This document shows, piece after piece, positions 53,334-62,967 of a stretch of 63,207 bases of DNA. A program made the translations under genes and the position numbers. This stretch comes from a virus (lineage: Duplodnaviria; Caudoviricetes), in the IMG/VR virus record IMGVR_UViG_3300019458_000036, positions 1 through 63,207 of that record; one strand, written 5' to 3'. How positions within the stretch are numbered: position 1 is the first letter of the stretch; every line of letters starts with the position of its first letter. The notes under the pieces were generated by a model that saw only the letters and a program-made list of their open reading frames with translations, ran no database searches and was not told the DNA's origin.

Positions 53334-55493
53334 TTAAAATTCTCGCAACGCGATGGTATGGGTTCGAATGGCGCCACGCTTACTTTCTCTTTCCATCCAC
53401 GTTGCCAATACGCGGCCATCGAGTACGATATTATTTTGCAATATCGGCTTAGATGAACCCTCGCCTGCTCCCGCGCTCATCCGAGCCTGAAGCTGAACGG
53501 CGATCTCGTTGGCGAGGAGGTGGCCCGAACCTTTAGGAATGACGGCCTCATTGCCGTGAAGCATTGCCGGTGACTCAGTTCCGAAATTCATAAAGTCCAA
53601 GCCCGGCGTGCCCGAAGCAAACTTCAGCGCCTTGATCTGGCTCACGACGCCCCAACCCATCGCAGCCACTTGAGCAAAGGCAACTATACTTGCTGGCCAA
53701 GGTGACGCTAGGGCATACGTTAAAGCTGTGAGAACGTTAATAGTCGATTGCGCAATGGCCGCTATTTGACCTATTTTGCCCATCGAAGAAATCGTCGAGA
53801 GGGTCGATGCGAGGATCTCCGTGTTGGACATCTTCTTCTGCAAAGCAGTCTGCTTGTCGGCTTCACGGACAGCGGCCTCGTATGCTTCCCATCTCGCTTG
53901 AAGTTGCTCTGCCGTTTCTGTACCCTTTTCCTGCGCAGACTCGAACTCAGCCCTCAACCTATCGGCCGTGATCTGCGACTCGGTGCGGGTAAACGTGCCC
54001 CAGCGTCTAAAGCTCTCAGTCATCAGCTTATTTTGCTCGTAGACTAGCGAGCCGACGCCCGTATATTCGGTTTTCCACGGCTCCAGCCCCTCGGTCTTTA
54101 CCCGGTTAAAGTCGTCAATGAATTCCTGCGCCCAGATCTCCTGCGCCGCGGCGCTGGCCTGGGCTTTCGAGATGCCGAGAACTGTCTCGTCGTTCAGGGA
54201 CTTGAGGTTGTCCTTTGCTTTCTTGATCCTTTCCGCGTGTAGAGCAGCACCAGCCGCCTTCTGGAAGCCGATGTCCATCTCCTTAAACTTGGCCAGCGAC
54301 ATCTCCATGAAGTTCGCGAGCTCTTGTTCCTTCCTTGAAGCTTCATTTGTGGCGAGGGTCATCCTGACCCGTGCTGCGGCACTCGGCCCCGCAGCTAAGG
54401 TAAGCGCCGCGGTCTTCTCTGCCACTTTAGCTTGTGCTTCACCATAGGAGCGCATTTCAGCGGCCGACACCGCCACGGCGTCCGCGACCTCTTTTTCCTT
54501 CTGAGTGACTTTTTCAGTGGCCCTAGCCATGGCCTCAGAGTGTGAAACTCCGAGCATCATGAGCTCAGATGCTTCTCTCTTGATCTTCAGCTCACGCTCT
54601 AACTGAGAACCGGCTTCCTTGCTCGCGGCAACGAAGTTCACCAGTTGCCCCGTTGCTTCCGCCAGCCTACCGACAAAGGGGCCAAGTGCCTCGGCCAGTA
54701 AGCTCTTGCCCGATGCTTTCAGCGCATCCCAGTTGTCACCCAGCTCGTCGCCGGCTTTCAAGGTCTTTTCGGAAATTATAATGCCAAGGGCTTCGGCTTT
54801 TTCGGCGAGCGCCGCAAAGTCATTACGAATGAGCGGCAGCATCTGCATGCCGCCGCGACCAAACAACTGGATGGCGATAGCTGACTGCTTTGCCGGATCC
54901 TCGATGCGATTAAGAGCAGTTACGATTGCCGTGAACTGGTCTTCCGGCTTCATTGCCCGGAGATCGCTGAAGCTAAACCCGAGTTGCGCGATGGCTGCCT
55001 GAGTTGCCTTACTTGACTTACCGAGGCTAACCTCGAACCGGTTAACCGCCATAGTGGTACTCTCGAACGGAGCACCGGTCTGGTCGGCGGCAAACTTCAG
55101 CTTCTGAAGAAAATCAGTCGAGAGTCCCGTACGGTCACGCAGGCGAATCATCTCGTCGCCCATGCGAACCACCGAGGCTACCCCCGAGCCAATGGCAACG
55201 CTGGCTACGCCCGCGGCGATGCCAAGCGGCCCCAAGCCGCTCATCAAAGTAGACGCCGAGCTAGCCATCGAGTTCATGGCGGCCCCCGCTTGGGCTACCG
55301 GGCCACCCATGGCGCCTAAAACTCCTGAGACCTCGCCAACTTTACCTTTAAAGTCCCCGAGGGGCGCAGCACCCGCCTCGGCAGCCTGGCCGACCTGTCT
55401 TACCGCGCCAGCAGCCCGGTCAGCTCCGGCCTCGAGGTCCGCCGTGTCCGCGGTAAACCTGACTAAAACTTCGCCTAAGTCGAGGGCCGCCAT
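53334..55493 (-). CDS. Tape measure protein
   Basis: 719 aa, Ala-rich. LGEVLVRFTADT start, TGLSTDFLQKL, LFGRGG, FASGT...LHGNEAVIP. Confidence 0.92.
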   Translation of the reverse strand: MAALDLGEVLVRFTADTADLEAGADRAAGAVRQVGQAAEAGAAPLGDFKGKVGEVSGVLGAMGGPVAQAGAAMNSMASSASTLMSGLGPLGIAAGVASVAIGSGVASVVRMGDEMIRLRDRTGLSTDFLQKLKFAADQTGAPFESTTMAVNRFEVSLGKSSKATQAAIAQLGFSFSDLRAMKPEDQFTAIVTALNRIEDPAKQSAIAIQLFGRGGMQMLPLIRNDFAALAEKAEALGIIISEKTLKAGDELGDNWDALKASGKSLLAEALGPFVGRLAEATGQLVNFVAASKEAGSQLERELKIKREASELMMLGVSHSEAMARATEKVTQKEKEVADAVAVSAAEMRSYGEAQAKVAEKTAALTLAAGPSAAARVRMTLATNEASRKEQELANFMEMSLAKFKEMDIGFQKAAGAALHAERIKKAKDNLKSLNDETVLGISKAQASAAAQEIWAQEFIDDFNRVKTEGLEPWKTEYTGVGSLVYEQNKLMTESFRRWGTFTRTESQITADRLRAEFESAQEKGTETAEQLQARWEAYEAAVREADKQTALQKKMSNTEILASTLSTISSMGKIGQIAAIAQSTINVLTALTYALASPWPASIVAFAQVAAMGWGVVSQIKALKFASGTPGLDFMNFGTESPAMLHGNEAVIPKGSGHLLANEIAVQLQARMSAGAGEGSSKPILQNNIVLDGRVLATWMERESKRGAIRTHTIALREF

Positions 55494-55494
55494 G

Positions 55495-55890
55495 TTAGTG
55501 CTTTTTCCTCAAGTCGACGCCGCCAAGTAACTCATTCAGCCGCGCCACAAAAGCAATGGACTCTTTCACTGTGCTGACTTTATCCTGCTTAGCCTCGGAC
55601 CGCTGCCAAAAACTGAACTCTTTCGGATTGATGATCTGCTGATCGGCGTCAACTCCGTGGCAAGCAAGGGTGATCGTACACAAGCGGTCAAAAGAGTTGA
55701 CCAAGGCTGCTGCCAGCTCAGCGTGGTGAGCATCTAACAGAGCATCGCCCCAGGGCTCGATCTCCGTGTAGGCTTTCCACTCGGTCAACTCTTGCATAGT
55801 CAATTCACGCTCTAACTGCCTGACGGTTTTTCCGAGGGCGAGGGCGAGACGGAAGAGGAAGCGGCGATATCCGTCTGCCCTGAGTCTTCC
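55495..55890 (-). CDS. Tail assembly chaperone, -1 frame extension (gpT-like)
   Basis: The -1 frame reads RLRADGYRRFLFRLALALGKTVRQLERELTMQELTEWKAY...EPWG. Confidence 0.8.
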   Translation of the reverse strand, partial: GRLRADGYRRFLFRLALALGKTVRQLERELTMQELTEWKAYTEIEPWGDALLDAHHAELAAALVNSFDRLCTITLACHGVDADQQIINPKEFSFWQRSEAKQDKVSTVKESIAFVARLNELLGGVDLRKKH

Positions 55891-56270
55891 CCCAGCTTTT
55901 TGGTCTCCTCTTCACCCAGCTTGTTCAGGGCGAAGACCGCGCTAACGATTCGATCGATCGCTGCTGAAGACTTTTGCCCGAGCTTCGAGATTTGGTTGTA
56001 GTCAAACAACCTCTCGTGAGTTTCCGGGTCGATGATGGAGAGAGCGGCAAGTTTGATGCGGAAGTTGGCCAGGTCCCAGGCCGCGTCACCTTTGCCCACC
56101 CGGACAACTCCGGCACCCTCGTCCGTAACTAGGGTAGCTTGCAACCAGTCACGGTCCGCGGCCACGAGCTCCCGGATGCGCACCGTGCCGCCCCACTCCG
56201 GAACATCGACATCAGTCTCTTTGACGTCATCGGCCCCTAGAATCTCGTCAGCTTTCAGATACTTGATCAC
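55812..56270 (-). CDS. Tail assembly chaperone (gpG-like)
   Basis: ILGADD...VDVPEWGGTVRIREL...RD. Confidence 0.85.
   Translation of the reverse strand: MIKYLKADEILGADDVKETDVDVPEWGGTVRIRELVAADRDWLQATLVTDEGAGVVRVGKGDAAWDLANFRIKLAALSIIDPETHERLFDYNQISKLGQKSSAAIDRIVSAVFALNKLGEEETKKLGEDSGQTDIAASSSVSPSPSEKPSGS
55887..55893 (-). other. Programmed -1 ribosomal frameshift site G GGG GAA
   Basis: Slippery heptamer in the correct phase, joining the two chaperone frames. Confidence 0.8.
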
Positions 56271-56285
56271 GGTTTGTCCTTTCCT

Positions 56286-56672
56286 TTAGTTTTCTTTCCG
56301 AAGATCGACGGTAAAAGAAACCAGTCGGCGTTTTGAGGCATCGGTGCCGACATCCGCCGGGTTGTTCAGCGGCTCGATCATCAAGTATCGGTTGCCCCCG
56401 ATCACGAGGTTGTACAAGAAGAGATTGCCCCAAGCCGCGCGAGCCCGGGCCATCGCATCCTCGTAGTCTGTCGAGCGAAACATTAGGCTGACTGACTGTC
56501 GCTCAAACACAACACCGTCAAGAGTTAAGTCGGGCGCCCGGCCGCCTTGAGTCCTCACCACTATCAACTCGTCTGGAGTAGCAGTCATCTGGCCGATCGA
56601 AAGCTCGATGCCCTCGAGCTCCGGAAGCACCTCCAATAAAGACACTATGTCCTCGGCCACCGGGTCGCTCAT
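56286..56672 (-). CDS. Tail terminator-like protein
   Basis: 128 aa. GQM..TPD...GGRAP...R..DY..A pattern and position. Confidence 0.7.
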   Translation of the reverse strand: MSDPVAEDIVSLLEVLPELEGIELSIGQMTATPDELIVVRTQGGRAPDLTLDGVVFERQSVSLMFRSTDYEDAMARARAAWGNLFLYNLVIGGNRYLMIEPLNNPADVGTDASKRRLVSFTVDLRKEN

Positions 56673-57058
56673 TTTAACCCCGTCGATTCTTGTACCGCTG
56701 CCTTCAGCTCATCGAGAATCAAGTCGCCGGCCTCAAAGGCCGGAATCTCCAAAAACTTATCCTGGCCAACTTCATGTCGCGCCGGGCGCTCGTGAACAAA
56801 TAGAGCGTAGTCACGTGACGGGCCTTCCTTACCGAAACCCAGCTCAACGACGATGGATTGCTCTTGGTCTTCGAGTGGTTCGGTGTAACCAGATGCTCTC
56901 AACCAGCCGTAACGGACCGGAACGTAGCCCTCTTTAGCGGTGGTGATGACCTTCTCTGCCGCCTCGAGGAGTCCCTTGCGTATCCCTTCTCTGAGATTTT
57001 CTCTAAGGAGGTCGAGGGCGAGGATTGTCTGTTCGTCTCCACTGACTTGTGCAGTCAT
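56669..57058 (-). CDS. HK97 gp10-like neck protein
   Basis: VPVRYGWLRASG, YALFVHE, KFLE. Confidence 0.8.
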   Translation of the reverse strand: MTAQVSGDEQTILALDLLRENLREGIRKGLLEAAEKVITTAKEGYVPVRYGWLRASGYTEPLEDQEQSIVVELGFGKEGPSRDYALFVHERPARHEVGQDKFLEIPAFEAGDLILDELKAAVQESTGLK

Positions 57059-57456
57059 TAGTTGCTCCCCAATGCGATCTCGTACAGATAAGGCTTGCCG
57101 GTTGCCGGGTCAAGAAGGCCGCTTATGTCGAGGATGGGGCCGGTTGAGCCGTCAGGCATGACGAGAAAGTCACGAAGGTCAAAGGGCTCTGAGCGGTTAT
57201 CCACTCCGTCGAGGGCCACGATGGGCCCGATGAAGGTAACGGTTGTGCGGTAGATGATCTCTGACCCGTCGGCGCGTTTGCGCATCCCGGGCTTGTGCTC
57301 GACAAGGGCATAGCGGTCGACCAGGATGTCGTCATAGACATCTTGGCCAAATCTATCTTGGCCAACCCAGCGCTTGTGTTGCACAACAACCTGTAGATCA
57401 GCCGTGATCCGGTTGGCGAGCCTGACCCCGTTTCTAACTATAGCAGAGAGCCCCAT
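57058..57456 (-). CDS. Head-closure protein
   Basis: 132 aa between the adaptor and neck genes. Confidence 0.6.
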   Translation of the reverse strand: MGLSAIVRNGVRLANRITADLQVVVQHKRWVGQDRFGQDVYDDILVDRYALVEHKPGMRKRADGSEIIYRTTVTFIGPIVALDGVDNRSEPFDLRDFLVMPDGSTGPILDISGLLDPATGKPYLYEIALGSN

Positions 57457-57981
57457 TTACGCCCTCTCGAGCTCCCGGACTCTGCTCTGTCGAGACTTGA
57501 CGTAGCCCCACCCGCTGGGGATCAAGTAATAGACGGAGTCAGTGATCACCTTAGCAATCACGGCACTTGCGTCAAAGGACAGCGAGATCGGGCCCGCGCG
57601 CAACGAGGTGATCTGCTTCACCTGAATATCTGAATCGAGAGTGAGGTCTTCGATGATGAGCTGCGCCGCTAGCTCAGACGTGGCGAACTTGAGCTCCTCG
57701 GGGATGGTGGTGTCGTCCACGTTAGAAAGCCGGTTCTTGGCCAGGATGCCTACGCGCGGCCACAGTAACCGCTGGGTAACGGTCGTGACCGCGCCGCTCC
57801 ACTCGTAGAGGTTGTCGAGGATGCGAGTGGCCATGATGAGGGCGACGATCTTAGTTGCGTCGCTCGCCGTGTTCCAGTCAGCTGAGTTCAGATGCGTAGC
57901 GTGATAGGCCTCGGCCTCGGCAAGAGTCGCGTAACTATTTGCATCTGCCGCGCCGGCAGTGGCGATCAGTGTGACGGTCAT
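57457..57981 (-). CDS. Head-tail adaptor (DnaT-like family)
   Basis: ANSYATLAEAEAYH, ALIMATRILD, QRLLWPR, IPEELKFATSELA. Confidence 0.85.
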   Translation of the reverse strand: MTVTLIATAGAADANSYATLAEAEAYHATHLNSADWNTASDATKIVALIMATRILDNLYEWSGAVTTVTQRLLWPRVGILAKNRLSNVDDTTIPEELKFATSELAAQLIIEDLTLDSDIQVKQITSLRAGPISLSFDASAVIAKVITDSVYYLIPSGWGYVKSRQSRVRELERA

Positions 57982-58052
57982 AGGGAAGCTCCCGCGCTAA
58001 GCGAGAGCTCCCCTTTCTCGGAAGCAGATCGGCTTGCCCCCGCCCTCGTGAT

Positions 58053-58382
58053 CTAGTACCCGTAGACCGCGTAGCTGATGGTTGCTGTGCCCGCCGAAGC
58101 TGCCGGCACGTCGACTCCCAGCACCGACCCGGTCGTAATGTCGCCCCACGCGTAGAAGTTGACCGTCGAGTAGCCGCTCCCTCGAGCCCCGGCAGAGATG
58201 CCGTAGGTCACGAGAATGGCCTCGGTTGGGGCCGCTGAACCCGCGAGGGTGACGACCACTGCAACCACGTTCTCGAAGGGGACCGTGATGGGAGTGGGGT
58301 TGGACCCATCGAGGGCCACTTCGCCAACGACGTGCTGAACCTTGGTGGACTCCAGCTCGGGATTGACGTCGAATTGACTCAT
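58053..58382 (-). CDS. Small virion protein (possible decoration protein)
   Basis: 109 aa, beta-rich, ends SYAVYGY. AAGG RBS. Confidence 0.55.
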   Translation of the reverse strand: MSQFDVNPELESTKVQHVVGEVALDGSNPTPITVPFENVVAVVVTLAGSAAPTEAILVTYGISAGARGSGYSTVNFYAWGDITTGSVLGVDVPAASAGTATISYAVYGY

Positions 58383-58406
58383 GTTCTTGTACCTTTCCTT
58401 CCCGCC

Positions 58407-58838
58407 CTACACGAGGGTCGGCTTGCCTGTGATCTGGATGGAGATGGCTGCCTTGAGCTCACCCTTGACGGGAGCCGCTACGTCGAATCCCGTAACGAGC
58501 CCGTTGAATTGCCACGTGGTCGCACCCGTATCCGAGAAGATGAGAGCAAAGGACTGGATAGTCCTATTGGCGAGTAGGTAGAGGAGACCGCCCGAGCTAT
58601 TCTTGTGCGTGCTCTCGAGCGGCTCATAGTTAACGTCAAAGGTGACCGTTCCGCCGTCGAGAAGGCCGCCGATGTGCTCCATCCAGCCCTCGGTTGAAGA
58701 CTGGTTAGTGACATCGATCAGCTTCTGGCTGACCTTGGGACCTTTGATGTCGTTGACCTGAAAGATCGTGGTTGCGCCGGAGACATCTCCGAGGGCCGCC
58801 GTGATCTTCAGCAACGTCCCTTGTGCGAATAATGCCAT
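58407..58838 (-). CDS. Major tail tube protein
   Basis: IDVTN...EHIGGLLDGGTVTFDVNY...WQFNGLVTGF...IQITGKPT. Confidence 0.9.
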   Translation of the reverse strand: MALFAQGTLLKITAALGDVSGATTIFQVNDIKGPKVSQKLIDVTNQSSTEGWMEHIGGLLDGGTVTFDVNYEPLESTHKNSSGGLLYLLANRTIQSFALIFSDTGATTWQFNGLVTGFDVAAPVKGELKAAISIQITGKPTLV

Positions 58839-58856
58839 GGTTTGTTTCTCCCAGTT

Positions 58857-58884
58857 AGCCGAGGCCCGACTTAGGGCCTCGGCT
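58857..58884. terminator. GC-rich hairpin after the capsid gene (terminator or stabiliser)
   Basis: AGCCGAGGCCC-GACTTA-GGGCCTCGGCT, perfect 11-bp stem, no clear U-tract. Confidence 0.5.
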
Positions 58885-58895
58885 CTTCAGGTTGG

Positions 58896-60047
58896 CTACC
58901 CGGCGATCCTGCACGCGAGCTCGGGACGCACCGTCTTGACGCCGTAGAGCACGTCATATGAGAAGCGCGTTCGCTTGAACTCGCGGGTAACTTCCAGCCT
59001 GAGGACGAGTCCCGAGACGGGATCGACCGCGGACTGGAAGAGCCCGATCCCCAGCGGGTCGGCGCCGGCGAAGGGCCGCATCGCGAGAGCGAACGCATCC
59101 CGATGGAACGCGAGGTTCACGACGTGGCTGCCCTTGACCGTGATGTCCAGGTTGTCGGCGTCGCCTGTCGCAAACGCTGCCGGCAGACCCGGTTCGAATG
59201 TGAGCACGGTCGTGGTAGCCGCGGTGATCACGAAGGTTCGCAGGGTCACGCCGTCGGCCTCGAAGATCGACTCAACCGTGAAGATGTCTCCCACGTTCGG
59301 GGCCACGGAGAACCCGTCGACCGTGAGAGTCTTCGATCCTGCCGCGATGGCACCCGCGTCGTTGATCTCTCCGTCGAGGTCGGAACCGGCCGTGTGACGA
59401 GGGATGTTTTGATCCATCGCCCACAGCGCGCCGAGCTTGTTGCCGATTTGACCGTTGATGATTCCAGCGGTATCGCCGCGGAAGCTCGCGTCCTGGAAGG
59501 CGCGGAGCGACAGCGCGTTTGCCTCAGCCGCGGGGTCGAGGACGACGAATCGGGGGTCCATCGGCGCGAGCCGCAGGGCCAACACCTTGCGGGCCGCGAG
59601 GTACGCATCGAGGTTGGAGCCGAAGGGCGTGCTCGAGGGCGTTCCGACGAAGGAGTAGACCTGCTTGTACAGGGCGAGGATGTCGGAGTCGATCTGGTTG
59701 GCGATGGCCTTGACCGCCTCCGCTGCCTGCATCGGGATGGTGCCGACCATTACCTCCTGCATGTCCTTGTCCGAGAGATAGAAAGCCGCTTCCTTCCAGT
59801 TCGAGAGAGTGATGGCCGCCTTCGTGGGAACGGAGTCGGTCGTGGTCGCCGCTGCCGAGGTGGCCGCGGGAGTCACGTCGCTGACCGCCACCGCGGACGG
59901 AATCGGAACGTCGATGGTGCTCCCCTTCTCGCCGGCGAGCGTGTCGTAGGCGCGGTTGACGAGACGGGGCATGATCGCCTGCTGCCGGAGGGCGAGAAGC
60001 CCCTGGGCGAGCAACTTCGGGATGACTTCGGTGAAAGTATTGGACAT
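58896..60047 (-). CDS. Major capsid protein (P22 coat-like)
   Basis: KGSTIDVP, AIANQIDSD, MDQN, NLAFHRDAFALAMRP, DVLYGVKTVRPELA. Confidence 0.92.
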   Translation of the reverse strand: MSNTFTEVIPKLLAQGLLALRQQAIMPRLVNRAYDTLAGEKGSTIDVPIPSAVAVSDVTPAATSAAATTTDSVPTKAAITLSNWKEAAFYLSDKDMQEVMVGTIPMQAAEAVKAIANQIDSDILALYKQVYSFVGTPSSTPFGSNLDAYLAARKVLALRLAPMDPRFVVLDPAAEANALSLRAFQDASFRGDTAGIINGQIGNKLGALWAMDQNIPRHTAGSDLDGEINDAGAIAAGSKTLTVDGFSVAPNVGDIFTVESIFEADGVTLRTFVITAATTTVLTFEPGLPAAFATGDADNLDITVKGSHVVNLAFHRDAFALAMRPFAGADPLGIGLFQSAVDPVSGLVLRLEVTREFKRTRFSYDVLYGVKTVRPELACRIAG

Positions 60048-60243
60048 GATGACGAAACTCCTTTAGAGTCAGTAAGTTAACCGACCCACCGGGTCTCGCC
60101 ACTTGTCCCCGCCGGGGATGGCGTTGGGCAATTACCGCGGCTGCTCCTCACCGCCAGGTTGCCCGGGGGTTGCGCCAAATCAGTCGAAACACCCCGGGCT
60201 TCCTTGCCACCAACTAAACAAAGCTACTATATCACAAAACCCG

Positions 60244-60981
60244 CTAGCGGGAAACTGTAACTTTGCCCTTCGCGATGTCCTCGAGGTTATAGCCAAACTC
60301 CAGGGGATCTACCCCAGAGATAGACTTTCCGCCTCCGCTGCCTCGCTCACCGCTACCCGCTGCCCCGCCGCCCTTGTTTGACTTGAACAGGTGTGGTGCC
60401 TCGGTGGCGAGCTGCTGTGCCCACTCCTCCATGCTGAGCGCGGCGCCGCCCTTACCGTAGAGGGTTTGGCCGCCTTTCTTCGGCGTGCCGTCGAGGTCGA
60501 AGACCTGTGAGCCCCGGAACACGAAGTCCGGAACCGCCGTGTCGGCCACTCCGGCCTTGGACGCGATGTCTCGAAGCCGTCCCTCGCGCTCTTTGGACGC
60601 GAGCTGCTGCTTCGCCTCGGCCTCTCGCTGCCGGAAGCCCGCGATCTCCTGCTGGAGAGGCTCCGTGGCTGCCTTGATCCGCGCGTCGATGTCCGACGGG
60701 TCCTTGACTCCGCCATCCTTCTCGAACTTCGTCACGCGCTCGCGAAGCGACTTATACTCCGCCGGGTCCACCCCGTCAAACTTCCGCAGCGAGGCGTCGA
60801 GCTCGTCGCGCTTCTTCATGACCGCGATGTTGGTCTCACGAAACTCCGAGATCTTGGAGTTCAACCCCGCGATCGTCGGGTGCTCGCCCTCGATCTTCAA
60901 CACCCACTTGCCGTTGACTTGCTCGTACTCTCCCCGGAGTGCCTCCGGTAGCTTTGAAACATCCTCTATAGTTGCCTGCAT
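60244..60981 (-). CDS. Capsid scaffolding protein
   Basis: AAGGAG RBS, coiled coil, APHLFKSNKGGGAAG, upstream of the capsid gene. Confidence 0.85.
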   Translation of the reverse strand: MQATIEDVSKLPEALRGEYEQVNGKWVLKIEGEHPTIAGLNSKISEFRETNIAVMKKRDELDASLRKFDGVDPAEYKSLRERVTKFEKDGGVKDPSDIDARIKAATEPLQQEIAGFRQREAEAKQQLASKEREGRLRDIASKAGVADTAVPDFVFRGSQVFDLDGTPKKGGQTLYGKGGAALSMEEWAQQLATEAPHLFKSNKGGGAAGSGERGSGGGKSISGVDPLEFGYNLEDIAKGKVTVSR

Positions 60982-61053
60982 GACTCCTTTACTCCTCACT
61001 GAAAGAGCTGCCGAAAAATTCGACTGCCCACCGCCGAGCACCGCTCGGTGGAT

Positions 61054-61686
61054 TTACTCTCGTTCCACAAGCCCGACAGTGCACCGACAATTCGGGTGCC
61101 GTGGTGGACCCTCTTCTGAAAAGTCCTCGCCGATCTCGGCCGTCTCGCCTTCCAGCGCCTCACAAAGAGGACAGAGGCGATCATCCGGCGTCACGATCCA
61201 CTCCATTACCAAGCTATCGTCAATCTCCCCGCGGTCCTTGCGATCCTCCCACTCCTCGCGAACACCGTCATTCAGGGCTTCCATGACCTCGGTCCTCGAG
61301 AGACCCTCGGCTCGGCCCAGCAGCGCACGGTTGGTGTATCGGTTGACGAGGTTGTCGATCGAGTCCTCGTTAGTCCCCAGCTCCTCGAGACCGGCGCGAT
61401 ACGTAACCACGGCCTGCGCCAGAGGCTTCGTGAGGCCGAACGTATCCTCTACGTTATCCGCGATCTCCTCGGCATCCTTCCCCTCGCGCCAGCCCCGCAA
61501 GATGACGGCGGCTAGCGCGGCCATCGAAACACCGACCAAGTTACCGACGCGCTCTCCGATGAACTCGGCCTCCTCGAGAATCTCCTCGGCCTCCTCCTCG
61601 GTTAGCCCTTCCTCCTCGATGAGCTCTAAGATCTCTTCATCGAGGTCCTCGTCGAGCTCTTCTAGTTCTTCGGTCTCTTCAGCCAT
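61054..61686 (-). CDS. MuF/SPP1 gp7-like head morphogenesis protein (C-terminal part)
   Basis: RAEGLSRTE, EWIVTPDDRLCPLC, PPRHPNCRC. Very acidic N-terminus. Confidence 0.88.
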   Translation of the reverse strand: MAEETEELEELDEDLDEEILELIEEEGLTEEEAEEILEEAEFIGERVGNLVGVSMAALAAVILRGWREGKDAEEIADNVEDTFGLTKPLAQAVVTYRAGLEELGTNEDSIDNLVNRYTNRALLGRAEGLSRTEVMEALNDGVREEWEDRKDRGEIDDSLVMEWIVTPDDRLCPLCEALEGETAEIGEDFSEEGPPRHPNCRCTVGLVERE

Positions 61687-62298
61687 TTAAGGTAAAGAGA
61701 CCTCCGGCTCGTGGGTAACCCAAAAGCCCACCACGTTGACCGCGACCCCTATGTGACCGTTGGCCAGCTCATCGCCAGCGATCACCACACCCACCACCTG
61801 GCTGCGCGAGTTAAAGAGACAGCCGCCCGAGGCCCCGAGATGAACCTCACCAGCGAAAAAGATGTGCCCGCCCACGAGGGTAACCACCTCAGCGTCGCGC
61901 ATGACTGGCTGCCAGGCGCGGTCCACGTCCTCAAAGTTGAACTCCGTCCAATATACATGCTCACCAACCTTAAGTTCGGTCGCTATCTGAAAGCTCTCGA
62001 CAGGCACACCCACAGCGAGGACTCCGATGTCTACCCTCTGGTCCATCGCGATCCCACTGGCGGGGCCCGTAAAGCCGTTTGCCTCGATGATGTAGTGCTC
62101 GAAGCCCGTCTCATCCTCGTTGGACACTACGTGAGCCGCCGTAACCACGATGCCCGCCACCGGACACGCATGGGCGGATCCGGTTTTCCCCAGAAGCGCC
62201 GGTGAAAAGGGAGCACGAACATCGGGTCGCGCAAAATAATAGTAACCAGCGATGCCAAACCAAGGTAGCGTCAGAGCGAGTCCCAGCTTCTTTTTCAC
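61687..62298 (-). CDS. Membrane-anchored trypsin-like serine protease
   Basis: VTAAHV (His), DIGVL (Asp), GASGG (Ser), N-terminal TM. Confidence 0.85.
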   Translation of the reverse strand: MKKKLGLALTLPWFGIAGYYYFARPDVRAPFSPALLGKTGSAHACPVAGIVVTAAHVVSNEDETGFEHYIIEANGFTGPASGIAMDQRVDIGVLAVGVPVESFQIATELKVGEHVYWTEFNFEDVDRAWQPVMRDAEVVTLVGGHIFFAGEVHLGASGGCLFNSRSQVVGVVIAGDELANGHIGVAVNVVGFWVTHEPEVSLP

Positions 62299-62555
62299 GG
62301 TAACCCCCTCCTGGCTAACCTGCGACCTTTTTGCCGAGCGTCGCGCAAGATAGCGCCCATCGGCGCTTCGAGCCTCGGGATTCTGAACAGCACTTGTGCC
62401 GCCTTTATGTTTCGGCGCCTGATAGCCTTTACCAACTCCCGCCGGTTAACTCCGGCCTTTACGGTTCTGGCCCACTTCAAAAACGCGCGGGCGAAGCGCG
62501 GGCGAATCTGATCTTCCGCCTTGTGGACAGCCGTAAACCTCGGGTTGCGGGCCAC
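62295..62555 (-). CDS. Basic protein, possibly the detached N-terminus of MuF
   Basis: 86 aa, Arg/Lys-rich. PRFARAFL...ELVKAIRRRNIKAA. Confidence 0.5.
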   Translation of the reverse strand: MARNPRFTAVHKAEDQIRPRFARAFLKWARTVKAGVNRRELVKAIRRRNIKAAQVLFRIPRLEAPMGAILRDARQKGRRLARRGLP

Positions 62556-62947
62556 TAGGCGCTCCCCAGCTCTTCAGTGATAATCAACGTGTCGTAGCCG
62601 TCGTTCGGAAACGTGACAACCTTACTGTCGGAAGTAGTGACCTCGTACTCCATGCGGTGAGCGTGACGCTTCGAGTTAAGTTCGCTGACTCCCAAAGCTG
62701 ATCCAAGGATCAAGAAACCCGCAGTGTTGGTGTCGTCCCAGTCAGCAGTTGTCCACTGGTATCGCACCACACCTCCAGTTGCCAGGCCATAGATAGTCAT
62801 GGCCCGAGAGAACACCGAACCGTCGTTTAAGCCCACGATCAGTTCGATAGTGCAACCGGTGAGGTCGTAAGGTGTGTCGTCCGCGTTAGCAAGCGCAGCC
62901 TCTAAAACTGGCCTCGTGTCATTTTGCTTTAAGTAGAAAATGCTCAT
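62555..62947 (-). CDS. BppU N-terminal-domain-like virion protein
   Basis: LKQNDTRP.L...DLTG...GVVRYQW...EYEVT...TFPNDGY. Confidence 0.8.
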   Translation of the reverse strand: MSIFYLKQNDTRPVLEAALANADDTPYDLTGCTIELIVGLNDGSVFSRAMTIYGLATGGVVRYQWTTADWDDTNTAGFLILGSALGVSELNSKRHAHRMEYEVTTSDSKVVTFPNDGYDTLIITEELGSA

Positions 62948-62967
62948 GTTGTAGTGGTCCTCGTCTT

